Shown here in pieces: positions 18,083-26,696 of a DNA stretch of 62,326 nucleotides; the first letter of the stretch is position 1, and each line of letters starts with the position of its first letter. The stretch lies in assembly GCA_030428915.1 (NCBI GenBank), contig JAUIDM010000001.1:1-62326 (forward strand). Direction: 5' to 3'. Made by a program: the position numbers and the translations under genes. The DNA comes from Alphaproteobacteria bacterium. GTDB lineage: Bacteria; Pseudomonadota; Alphaproteobacteria; Rhodobacterales; Rhodobacteraceae. Below the pieces are notes generated by a model. It ran no database searches, had not been told where the DNA came from, and saw only the letters and a list, made by a program, of their open reading frames with translations.

Positions 18083-18736
18083 TTGGACGAAGAGGCCGCA
18101 ATCATCGAAGAGGAACTCGTCTACGGCGCGCTCAGGCGCGAGCGCGTCTGGCAGCGTCTCGGGCTCCTTGGCCTGGGTTTCGGTATCATCGGATGCCTCA
18201 GCGCCGCCACCGTCGCGATCCTCGACGTCGATCCGCCGCCGGTCGTGGTACCCTACGATCCCGCAACCGGCTTTGCACTCCCCGAAGCCTCCGTCGGCGC
18301 CACCACCGTGACGGAAAACCGGGCGATCATCGAGGCGGAGGTGTTCCGCTACGTGACCGACCGCGAAACCTACAACCAGCTCGACAACGATCTGCGCATC
18401 CGCAGCGTGCTCCGGCGCTCGGACAGGGGCGCACAGGTCTCGCTGCGCGAGATCTGGAATTCCGCCAACGCAAACTATCCGCCGACGGTCTATGGACCGA
18501 ACGCGCGGCTGGACGTCGAGATCCTCAGCATCAACCTGATCGACAAAACGCGCGCCACCGTGCGCATCAGGAAGCGCCTGACCTCGATAGAGGGCGTTCA
18601 GGCCGGCCTCTTCACGGCCACGGTCCTCTTCGAGTTCCGGCCTGAAGAGCGCCGGACCATCGACGAGGTCTGGACCAACCCCTTCGGCTTCACCGTCCTC
18701 GAATATGCAATCCGTTCGGACAGATTGGAGAACTGA
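18083..18736 (+). CDS. virB8: VirB8
   Basis: Single TM, YVTDRETY, NPFGFTVLEY. Confidence 0.9.
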   Translation: MDEEAAIIEEELVYGALRRERVWQRLGLLGLGFGIIGCLSAATVAILDVDPPPVVVPYDPATGFALPEASVGATTVTENRAIIEAEVFRYVTDRETYNQLDNDLRIRSVLRRSDRGAQVSLREIWNSANANYPPTVYGPNARLDVEILSINLIDKTRATVRIRKRLTSIEGVQAGLFTATVLFEFRPEERRTIDEVWTNPFGFTVLEYAIRSDRLEN

Positions 18737-18738
18737 CG

Positions 18739-19434
18739 TTGCGCACCCTGAAACTGGCCAGTCTCTGCCTATTCATGACACCCGCCCTTGCTGTGGCCGA
18801 GGCCATTCCCCGCGGCGGGGCCAATGACCACCGCGTCCGGATCGCAACCTACCAGGACGGTCAGGTCTACCGTCTCAGCGTGTCGTTGACCCATGTCACA
18901 AGCATCGAGTTCGGCGAGGGTGAGAGCATTCGCTCGATCATCGCCGGCGACACGGAAGGGTTCGAGATCGATGGCGTGCCGGGCGGCCGCGCCTTCGCGA
19001 TCAAGCCCCTGTCGCGCGGCGTCCACACCAACGTGACGGTCTACACCAACCGGCGGAGCTATTATTTCAACGTCGAGGAAGCCTCGACCCCGACCTTCTA
19101 TGTCGTCCAGTTCCGCTATCCGAGCGATGCGCGCCGCCCTGCAAACGCCATCGCGCGCGCAACCCCGAACGCCAACTACAGCGCCAGCGCGCGGACCGAA
19201 TTCACCCCCACGCGGGTCTGGGACGACGGTACCTTCACCTATTTCGCCTTCCCGCAGAATGCGCCTGTCCCGGCGATCTTCCGCTATGCCAACAGGCGGG
19301 AGCGCACGGTGAACACCGGAAGCCGCGACGATGGTGTCATTCGCGTCTCCGGCGTGAACCCGCAATGGGTCCTTCGCCTGGGCGAAGAGGTCGTCTGTGT
19401 CGCGGCAACTTCGCCCAAAGGGGGCGCATCATGA
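18739..19434 (+). CDS. virB9: VirB9/TrbG
   Basis: DHRVRIATY, TNVTVYTNRRSY, VWDDGTFTYFAF, LRLG. Confidence 0.92.
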   Translation: MRTLKLASLCLFMTPALAVAEAIPRGGANDHRVRIATYQDGQVYRLSVSLTHVTSIEFGEGESIRSIIAGDTEGFEIDGVPGGRAFAIKPLSRGVHTNVTVYTNRRSYYFNVEEASTPTFYVVQFRYPSDARRPANAIARATPNANYSASARTEFTPTRVWDDGTFTYFAFPQNAPVPAIFRYANRRERTVNTGSRDDGVIRVSGVNPQWVLRLGEEVVCVAATSPKGGAS

Positions 19435-20804
19435 GCGAGACGCCGCACCCTGACCTGGAACGGCGGCTGGCCGCGCTCGAGCAGGGCAACCCGCGGCGGC
19501 GTGCCAGCCAGCCCCGCCGCGCGCCGCTCCTCGCGATGCTGATCACCGGCCTGATTATCGCCACGGGCGCGGTCCTCTTCCTGTTCTCAGGGCAGGACGA
19601 GGAGGTCGCCCTGCCAACAGCAAAACCCGACGAATTCCAGGCCGAAGGTGACGGTTTCGGGACCATTGAACCCTTTGTGCCACCCCCTGCCCCGGACCCG
19701 GAAATCGTCGTCGTCACCCCCGATCCCGCCGAACCGAATGCGGATCTCCTCGCGCAGATCAAGGCACTGCAGGCGCAGATCGAGGACCTTCAAACCGCGC
19801 CGAAGCCCGCGCTTGAAAAGGACACGGCCGACGCCGAGGCTATTGATGCGCTCACCGCTGAAATCGCCGCGCTGCAGGCGGCCTCGGAGGATGCACAGAA
19901 ACAGCTTCGGGATGAACTCGCCGCCCGCGATCGTGAGCTTCAGCAGTTGCGCATGGATCTCGAACTGGCGCAGCTCGATGCCAAGAAGCCTGTTCCCGCG
20001 CCACACGGGCCAAGCGAAGAAGAGCTTCGCGCCCGCGAAGAGGAAGCCCGTCGGCTCGCGGAGCTGCAGCGCCGCGCTGAGGAAGAACGCGCCTTCGAGG
20101 CGCGCCGGATTGCCTCGCCCGTCATCGCCTTCGGCGGGACGGGTGGCGCAAATGCAGGCAAGAGCGAGCTTACCGAACGCAGTTTCGGGGAAGTCACCGA
20201 CTTCGTGCTCAACGGGGCTTCGCCAAGCGCCGTCACCCAGTCCGAGGTCATCGCCAATCCCTCGAACACCGTGGTGCAGGGCACGATGATCCAGGCCGCA
20301 ATGGAGACCGCGCTCGACAGCTCCCTGCCCGGCCAGACCCGCGCCGTGATCTCCGAAGATGTCTTCAGCTACGACGGCACGCGGCTCCTGATCCCGCGGG
20401 GCTCGCGCCTGATCGGCCGCTACCGGTCCGGCATTAAGGTCTCGCAGCGCCGCGTCACCATTGCATGGGACAGAATTATCCTGCCAACCGATCAGACAAT
20501 CCAGATCAGCGCCTTCGGGGGCGATGCGCTCGGGCGCTCCGGCGTTACCGGCGACGTCGACACCCGTTTCCTCCAACGTTTCGGCTCCGCCGCCCTCATC
20601 TCGGTTATCTCAGCGGCGCCGAGTGCCGCCGCCAACGAGGTACAGGACAAAACCGCGGCGGATGTGCTCCAGGACGTGGGTAGCGATCTCGCCGACGCCA
20701 CCGACTCCGTCATCGGCGAATACCTCTCGATCGGCCCCGTCATCCACGTCGATCCGGGTGCACGCGTCACCGTCATGGTCGACCGCGATCTGGAGATCTT
20801 CTGA
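19431..20804 (+). CDS. virB10: VirB10/TrbI
   Basis: TM, Pro-rich and coiled-coil linker, QGTMI..ETALDSSLPG, G.SGV.G.VDTRF..RFGSA, VDRDL. Confidence 0.95.
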   Translation: MSETPHPDLERRLAALEQGNPRRRASQPRRAPLLAMLITGLIIATGAVLFLFSGQDEEVALPTAKPDEFQAEGDGFGTIEPFVPPPAPDPEIVVVTPDPAEPNADLLAQIKALQAQIEDLQTAPKPALEKDTADAEAIDALTAEIAALQAASEDAQKQLRDELAARDRELQQLRMDLELAQLDAKKPVPAPHGPSEEELRAREEEARRLAELQRRAEEERAFEARRIASPVIAFGGTGGANAGKSELTERSFGEVTDFVLNGASPSAVTQSEVIANPSNTVVQGTMIQAAMETALDSSLPGQTRAVISEDVFSYDGTRLLIPRGSRLIGRYRSGIKVSQRRVTIAWDRIILPTDQTIQISAFGGDALGRSGVTGDVDTRFLQRFGSAALISVISAAPSAAANEVQDKTAADVLQDVGSDLADATDSVIGEYLSIGPVIHVDPGARVTVMVDRDLEIF

Positions 20805-20807
20805 CCG

Positions 20808-21806
20808 ATGACCCTCAGCTATCTCCAGACTTCGCTCGACAAGCTGAAGGATGCGGCCCGCAACGATGTGATCGAGATCTGCATCAACCCGGACGGTTCG
20901 TGCTGGGGCGAGTTCCAGGGGGATCACTTCATGCGCGTGCTGGACTATCATCTGACCGTCAGCGAAATCCGCGATCTCGGCAACCAGATCGCCTCATCCG
21001 CCAACACGACGATGAGCAAGGACAGGCCCATCATCTCGGTCTCGATCACCTATCGGGGTCGGCCCATTCGCGCCCAGGTCGTGACACCGCCGGCCGTCGT
21101 CTTCGGCATGTCGATCTCACTGCGCTTTTTCTCGAACCTGTCGCTCGATCAAATCGAACTGCGCTACCTCTATGGCAAGGAGCGCAAGCTCGAAGAGCTC
21201 CGACAGGAAAAGAACCGCGCGCTGCGTGACGTGGTCGCGTCAGGCGCGATCACCGACGCCCTCCGTTTCTGCGTCGAAAATAAGCTCAACATGATCGTCT
21301 CCGGCGGCACCTCGACAGGCAAGACCGTCGCGGCGCGCAAGATCCTCTCCTATGTCCCCGATGACGAGCGGATCGTCACCATCGAAGAAGCAGCCGAACT
21401 TCTCCCCACCCAGCCGAACGCCGTGACCCTGATCGCCAACCGCGACGCCGAGTTCCAGTCCGCCGATATACTCCTGACCGCGACGCTCCGTATGCGGCCC
21501 GATCGGATCATCCTGGGCGAGGTGCGCGGCAAGGAAGCCATGACGTTCCTTGAGGCCATCAACACCGGCCATGGCGGCTCGATGACCACACTTCACGCCG
21601 AGACGCCGCAACTCGCCGTCCAACGCCTTGCGATCGCCGCACTCAAGACCGTGATTCCGATGACCTACAAGGACATGGTCCAATACATCGAAAGCTCGAT
21701 CGACGTGATCATTCAGGCCGGCCGCGAAGACGGCGCGCGCGGCATCACCGAATTCTATCTCCCCGGAACCAATCTCATCGGAGGCAATGCCTATGAAGCA
21801 GTTTGA
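20808..21806 (+). CDS. virB11: VirB11 ATPase
   Basis: SGGTSTGKT, LRMRPDRIILGEVRG, NTGHGGSMTTLHA. Confidence 0.95.
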   Translation: MTLSYLQTSLDKLKDAARNDVIEICINPDGSCWGEFQGDHFMRVLDYHLTVSEIRDLGNQIASSANTTMSKDRPIISVSITYRGRPIRAQVVTPPAVVFGMSISLRFFSNLSLDQIELRYLYGKERKLEELRQEKNRALRDVVASGAITDALRFCVENKLNMIVSGGTSTGKTVAARKILSYVPDDERIVTIEEAAELLPTQPNAVTLIANRDAEFQSADILLTATLRMRPDRIILGEVRGKEAMTFLEAINTGHGGSMTTLHAETPQLAVQRLAIAALKTVIPMTYKDMVQYIESSIDVIIQAGREDGARGITEFYLPGTNLIGGNAYEAV

Positions 21807-21987
21807 ATACCAGATCATCTCCTACCCGATGGACAGGAAGACCAGCCTCATCGCGATGCAGGACGACCTGAACGCACGTGGCCAAGACGGCTGGGAGGTC
21901 ATCTCGGTCAGTTCGTCGGAATTCGCTCATATCGGTCATACGGCTTTTCTCAAGCGTGAGGTTTCCGGGGGAGCGGGTACGTCATGA
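21787..21987 (+). CDS. DUF4177-like small protein
   Basis: FEYQII...LNARGQDGWEVISV...FLKRE. Confidence 0.75.
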   Translation: MPMKQFEYQIISYPMDRKTSLIAMQDDLNARGQDGWEVISVSSSEFAHIGHTAFLKREVSGGAGTS

Positions 21988-22382
21988 GAACCGCCTTGCT
22001 CATTCTATCGATCGCCGCTGCGGGGTCGCCGACTGTCGCTGAACGCAACCTAGTCCCTTCTCTCGACAGCGAGCCGGATGTCTGCGTCGATCGGCCTGCG
22101 GAACCGGAGTGGATGCAGACCATCGGCGTGCGCGAGGCCTACAAACGCGTGTTGGTGCAGGACATTTACCGGGCGCAAAACATGGGAATGATCGTCTCCT
22201 CCGGATCCTGCTCTTGCGAAACACGTTTCCCGCCTTGGGAGCCGGCAGAAACCGAGTTTCGGGAGCGCTTTGCTGCAGCCGAACGCTGGGAAATGCTGGA
22301 AGCCTCGGACACATACAACCGGCGCGCCAATGAGTTGAGGCCGGAAGCGAAGGCGATCTGCGAAGACGAAGGCAACTGGTAG
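21984..22382 (+). CDS. Secreted Cys-containing hypothetical protein
   Basis: Signal peptide, CSC motif; translationally coupled within the virB operon. Confidence 0.75.
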   Translation: MRTALLILSIAAAGSPTVAERNLVPSLDSEPDVCVDRPAEPEWMQTIGVREAYKRVLVQDIYRAQNMGMIVSSGSCSCETRFPPWEPAETEFRERFAAAERWEMLEASDTYNRRANELRPEAKAICEDEGNW

Positions 22383-22388
22383 CGGATC

Positions 22389-23468
22389 ATGAGCGTCGTC
22401 ACATATTTCGTCGAAACATCGCAAGGATACCTGGATTCTGCCGCAGAGACGCAGTTCGGCGCGGTAGCGGCGACAGTTGGCACGATGCTGGTTCTCGGAA
22501 CGACGCTTGTGGTCATTCTGGTCTGCGTCAACATGATCTACCAGTACCGCGCCATGGATGGACGAACCGCCTTCTGGTTCGCGGTGAAAGTCGGACTCAT
22601 AGGGATTTTTGCGACGAACTGGGTGCAGTTCAACGCCTTCTCCTCCGCTGTCCTGAACGGCATCGACAGTATTGCAGGGTCGCTGGTCGCGTCGGTTGGC
22701 GGCGGAACGCCGGGACCTAGCGGCACCTTCGCCGAGGAGTTCGACCGGCTGATCGCCGAGCTTGGCGAATACCTGAATGCGGCTGGCTCTGAACTGAACT
22801 GGATGGCCGGGGCGTTGCTTGACGTTCTGGGCGTCCTGCTGCTTTCAATATTGGGCGGGCTTGCTGCCTTCATTCTCGTAGCTTCCCGGCTGATGATAGC
22901 ACTTCTGATCGGCATCGCGCCGGTAATGATATTCCTCACCCTTTTTGAGGTGACCAAGGATTATTTCGCGCGCTGGCTTTCGGCCCTTGTCTCTTTCGCG
23001 ATCTATCCGATCGTCATTGCTGGCGTGTTCGCGACGATCACGGGCGTCAGTTCGACGCTGATGGGAGAGCTTGGAGATCCCGAGGGCGCATCCAACATCG
23101 GGGCCCTTATCCCATTCTTCATGATGGTACTCATGGCCAAGGGTTTCATCATCGCGACGCCCTTTATCGTGAGGGCGATTTCAGGGAACATCATGATGCC
23201 TGCGCTCTCGGCCGGGATGGGTGGTGCCTACGGATTTGGCAGAGCGCTCGGCGGCAGTCAGCAAGCTTACAATCGCTATCTCGTTGGAGGCGCAAGCGGC
23301 GCTGAATACGCGGCGCTGCGCACGCGTCAGTTCTTCGGTCTCCAGCCTATTCCGCTACGGCAAGGCATGAACCAAAACGCGCCGGTCAACGCTGGCTCCA
23401 TCTCGACAGGTACCGGCGCTCGGATGCTGGCGCAACTCGCCAGGCTCAGTAGATTGGGCCGACGATAG
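22389..23468 (+). CDS. virB6: VirB6
   Basis: Polytopic; IAPVMIFLTLFEVTKDYFARW motif. Confidence 0.92.
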   Translation: MSVVTYFVETSQGYLDSAAETQFGAVAATVGTMLVLGTTLVVILVCVNMIYQYRAMDGRTAFWFAVKVGLIGIFATNWVQFNAFSSAVLNGIDSIAGSLVASVGGGTPGPSGTFAEEFDRLIAELGEYLNAAGSELNWMAGALLDVLGVLLLSILGGLAAFILVASRLMIALLIGIAPVMIFLTLFEVTKDYFARWLSALVSFAIYPIVIAGVFATITGVSSTLMGELGDPEGASNIGALIPFFMMVLMAKGFIIATPFIVRAISGNIMMPALSAGMGGAYGFGRALGGSQQAYNRYLVGGASGAEYAALRTRQFFGLQPIPLRQGMNQNAPVNAGSISTGTGARMLAQLARLSRLGRR

Positions 23469-23738
23469 GCTAAGCAGAGAGTGGACTCTCTCGTCACAGA
23501 TCACGAACGCTGATGATGCGAACGGAACCGCCGTTCGCTGGGCCACGCCGATCGACATGACGCAGAACCGCGAAATACGGTTGTCGGGGGAGGCGGAACA
23601 GCGTCCGCGCCGGTGTTGATGTCCGAGACTGAGGCACTGTATCCCCTTCACAGACCAAAGAGAGTGCCGGTAAGCTTCCCGTTGGGGTGTTCTGGTGGCG
23701 GGAAACGATTTTCCGCGGTGTTTTGCTGGCTTAATACC

Positions 23739-23752
23739 TTGTCACTTGACAA
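23739..23752. promoter_or_regulatory. Palindromic operator overlapping a TTGACA box upstream of the HicA-like pair
   Basis: TTGTCA-CT-TGACAA. Confidence 0.55.
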
Positions 23753-23775
23753 TTTAATGGAGAAGAGTATCTAAG

Positions 23776-24045
23776 GTGCCAAGGAAGAAGCACACGTCAA
23801 AGGAAATCGAGGCTGTCATCCAGGAGCTCGAAGAGCTGGGATGGGACCTTATTGAGGGCAAGGGGCATGCGTGGGGGATCCTCCGATGCCCGGCCAACGA
23901 TAAGGAATGCCGCTGTGGTGAATTTTGTCAGATGTCAGTCTGGTCTACCCCGAAGAACCCGCAGCAGTTCGCGAAGCGGATCCGACAGAAGGCCCTGGCC
24001 TGCGTGAAGCTTCAGAGGAACGACGAAGGTAAAGCCGATGGCTGA
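23776..24045 (+). CDS. HicA-like small basic protein (putative toxin)
   Basis: KEIEAVIQELEELGW...GKGHAWG...SVWSTP, HicA-like pattern with a Cys-rich insert. Confidence 0.7.
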   Translation: MPRKKHTSKEIEAVIQELEELGWDLIEGKGHAWGILRCPANDKECRCGEFCQMSVWSTPKNPQQFAKRIRQKALACVKLQRNDEGKADG

Positions 24046-24601
24046 AGAATTCGAATTCGAACTGGTCTTTGCGCTCCCCGACGGGGAGCACGATGCGTTC
24101 GCGCTCTCTGGCGCGGTCTTCGAGGCGGGCTTTGAAGACGCTCTCGTGGGCACCGGTCATGCCGGTCTGCTTGGTGTAGAACTGGAGCTTGAAGGGGATG
24201 AAGCCGAAAGCGTGATCCTTGAAGCGGCGCGGGCGCTGATCAAGGCGCTGCCGCCGGGCACTGTCCTGCGCGAGGTCCGTCCCGACCTGGTATCTCTAGC
24301 GGATGTTGCCGAGAAGCTCGAGGTTAAACGACAGGCGCTCCAACAGCGCAAGATGCCCCTTCCCGTTGCGGGCGGCCTTTACCGCATCGATGAGATGATC
24401 GAGGTGTTGATGGAGGCCTCAAAACCGGCGAAGGGTCAGCGTCGCCCTCGCTTCAATCTCGCTTCGGCCGCGAAGTGGTTTCGTGCGGGCCCCGCGGCGC
24501 GCAGGGTGAACGCCCAGTTGACGATGCGTGAGATCGACCCTGCGACGATTGAGCGAGCCCCTCGACAAGAGCGCGACGACCCTGGTTTTCTTCACCCGTG
24601 A
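24038..24601 (+). CDS. Putative antitoxin: acidic N-domain plus C-terminal HTH
   Basis: FEFELVF...AGFEDAL; PDLVSLADVAEKLEVKRQALQQ HTH; overlaps upstream stop. Confidence 0.75.
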   Translation: MAEEFEFELVFALPDGEHDAFALSGAVFEAGFEDALVGTGHAGLLGVELELEGDEAESVILEAARALIKALPPGTVLREVRPDLVSLADVAEKLEVKRQALQQRKMPLPVAGGLYRIDEMIEVLMEASKPAKGQRRPRFNLASAAKWFRAGPAARRVNAQLTMREIDPATIERAPRQERDDPGFLHP

Positions 24602-24671
24602 CAACGGTCGATTCAAGGGCACAGCGATAAGACGCCATCGCGACATTCTTTCGTGTCAGCCGCATGACGGC

Positions 24672-26696
24672 TCAGCCGAGCCCAAACTTCTCGCCCGCCT
24701 CGCCGACATGCGGAGCCGAACCGGCCATCTCCGCCTCCAACCGCTCGAGGTCACTCACCGCGTCCTGAGCTCGGGCGACGTCGTTTTCGGTCGGAGCGCC
24801 CACCTCCAGATCTGCCTGCCGCCCGAAATCCATCTCCAACTGCCGAAGATCGTCTGCGAGGACAGCCGCCCGGACGCGCCGAGATGCTTGCGCCGGACCG
24901 GAGTCAATGGGTGCATTACCACCGGAGTCTGTTAGCCCCATTCTGGCCTCGAAATCGCGTTCCGAAAGGCCCGACCCCCGCGGCGCCGTGGGCATCGCCC
25001 GGACACTCAGGGGCAATTCCCCCATCGGAGGGACCGACCCCTTCGGAAACGGCAGTTCCCCCTCTTGGGCCGCATGAATGCTCTTGAAGAATGGATCCTC
25101 GAAATACATCACGCGCTTGGCCCGGACCGGCATCTGGGCGTCCACGACGACAACGATCTCGTCGAGCGGTAGGCGGCGCGCCTCGTCCTCGGGCAGGAGC
25201 GACACCTCTTCGGTTCGCTCAGACTGGCTGCGGCCTTCGAAGGGGTTCTTGCCGATGGCGCGGGATCGTGTGACGACGGTTTTCGTGGTCTTGCCGACCG
25301 CCTTGCTCAGCTCCTCGACGGTCTTCTCGTCCGAGGGCGTCAGGTAGAGCTTGATCCCAGCGTTTCCCTGCAGCGCGCGCCGGGTGTTCTCGCCGTAGAT
25401 CTCGTCGATGGCCGGGATGGTCTGGGTGACCACCGCCAGATGTCCGCGATAGTGGCGCAGCACCTCGATGCTCTCGGCCACGATGGGCATCTTTCCGAGC
25501 CGGTTGAACTCGTCGAGCATGATCATGACCGGCCAGGGCTCGTCCGGCCCCGGCTCCTTGTCCTGCAGGGCCGAAAGCAGGTCCGAGAAGAAGAGCCGGA
25601 TCAGGGGTGCAAGGGGTTTCACCATGAGGGGCTGGACAACGAGATAGACGCTGAAGGGTTTCTTGCGGATCGTCCGGAAGTCGAAGTCTGAGATCGCCGT
25701 GGCATCGTCGATCGCCGGGTTCTGCCATTGATCGAGACCCGAGGTCATCAGGAGCGAAACATAGGAAGTCAGCGTGTCGTTGTTGGTCGAGGCCAGCCGC
25801 GTGAAGATCAGCCGCGCCGCGGCGTTCTGGACCTCGTGGGCGCGCGCCAGATATTCCTTCTGCTTCTGCCCGCCCGAGGCGGCGATGCGGTATATCTCGC
25901 CGAGCGTCGGCCGGCGGCGCTGGAAGGCCAGGAGCCCTGCGGCGACGAAGAGATCGATCCCGCCCTTCAGGAGGCCCTGCACCCGGTCGTTATCGTTCTG
26001 CAGGAAGAGCGTGGCCAGGAACTGCAACTCCATCTGCTGGCGCGCCGGGTCCTTGAGATCAAAGATCCTCAGGAGCGGGTTGTAGCGATGCGTCCGCCTG
26101 TCTTCCCAATCCGTGGGCGCGAACCGAAACACTTCGTCGCCCTGCGCCGCCCGGTGACGGGCCGAGGCCTCGAAGCATTCGCCCTTAACGTCGAGCACGA
26201 CCGCCGAGCCCTGCCAGGTCAGCAGGTTCGGGATGACAAAGCCGGTGGTCTTGCCGCGCCCGGTCGGGGCGACGATCAGCGCATGCGGGAAGGTCCGGGA
26301 GCAGAGGAACGGTGCGCGGGAACCGGGCTTGCCCAGTTTGCCGATGACAAAGCCCGTGCCGGGCGCGCCGAAGAAGCCGTTCCGCTTCATCTCCCTACGG
26401 GTCTGCCAATGGGTGTATCCGAAGCGGGTGAGCGCCGAGCCCGACATCGCAAGGCTCATCATGAGGCCCGCCACCCCCGCCCCGCCCATGATCAGGTTGA
26501 TCAGGCGGAAGTCCTCGGGGCGGGCGGCCCCGATGGCGCGATAGTTCTGGGCGATGTAGAAGAAATCGATCTCCGCCCGGAAACCCAGGTCCCGGAACGT
26601 CACGACAGCCGAGGCGATGACATAGCCGATCGCGATGGCGACCAGTGTGACCAGCACCACGCCGAGGGCCAAGCGGCCTTTCCCCACCCCTCCCAT
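24672..26696 (-). CDS. virD4: Type IV coupling protein VirD4/TraG
   Basis: Two N-terminal TMs, APTGRGKTT, LDVKGE, MLDEF. Confidence 0.95.
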   Translation of the reverse strand: MGGVGKGRLALGVVLVTLVAIAIGYVIASAVVTFRDLGFRAEIDFFYIAQNYRAIGAARPEDFRLINLIMGGAGVAGLMMSLAMSGSALTRFGYTHWQTRREMKRNGFFGAPGTGFVIGKLGKPGSRAPFLCSRTFPHALIVAPTGRGKTTGFVIPNLLTWQGSAVVLDVKGECFEASARHRAAQGDEVFRFAPTDWEDRRTHRYNPLLRIFDLKDPARQQMELQFLATLFLQNDNDRVQGLLKGGIDLFVAAGLLAFQRRRPTLGEIYRIAASGGQKQKEYLARAHEVQNAAARLIFTRLASTNNDTLTSYVSLLMTSGLDQWQNPAIDDATAISDFDFRTIRKKPFSVYLVVQPLMVKPLAPLIRLFFSDLLSALQDKEPGPDEPWPVMIMLDEFNRLGKMPIVAESIEVLRHYRGHLAVVTQTIPAIDEIYGENTRRALQGNAGIKLYLTPSDEKTVEELSKAVGKTTKTVVTRSRAIGKNPFEGRSQSERTEEVSLLPEDEARRLPLDEIVVVVDAQMPVRAKRVMYFEDPFFKSIHAAQEGELPFPKGSVPPMGELPLSVRAMPTAPRGSGLSERDFEARMGLTDSGGNAPIDSGPAQASRRVRAAVLADDLRQLEMDFGRQADLEVGAPTENDVARAQDAVSDLERLEAEMAGSAPHVGEAGEKFGLG

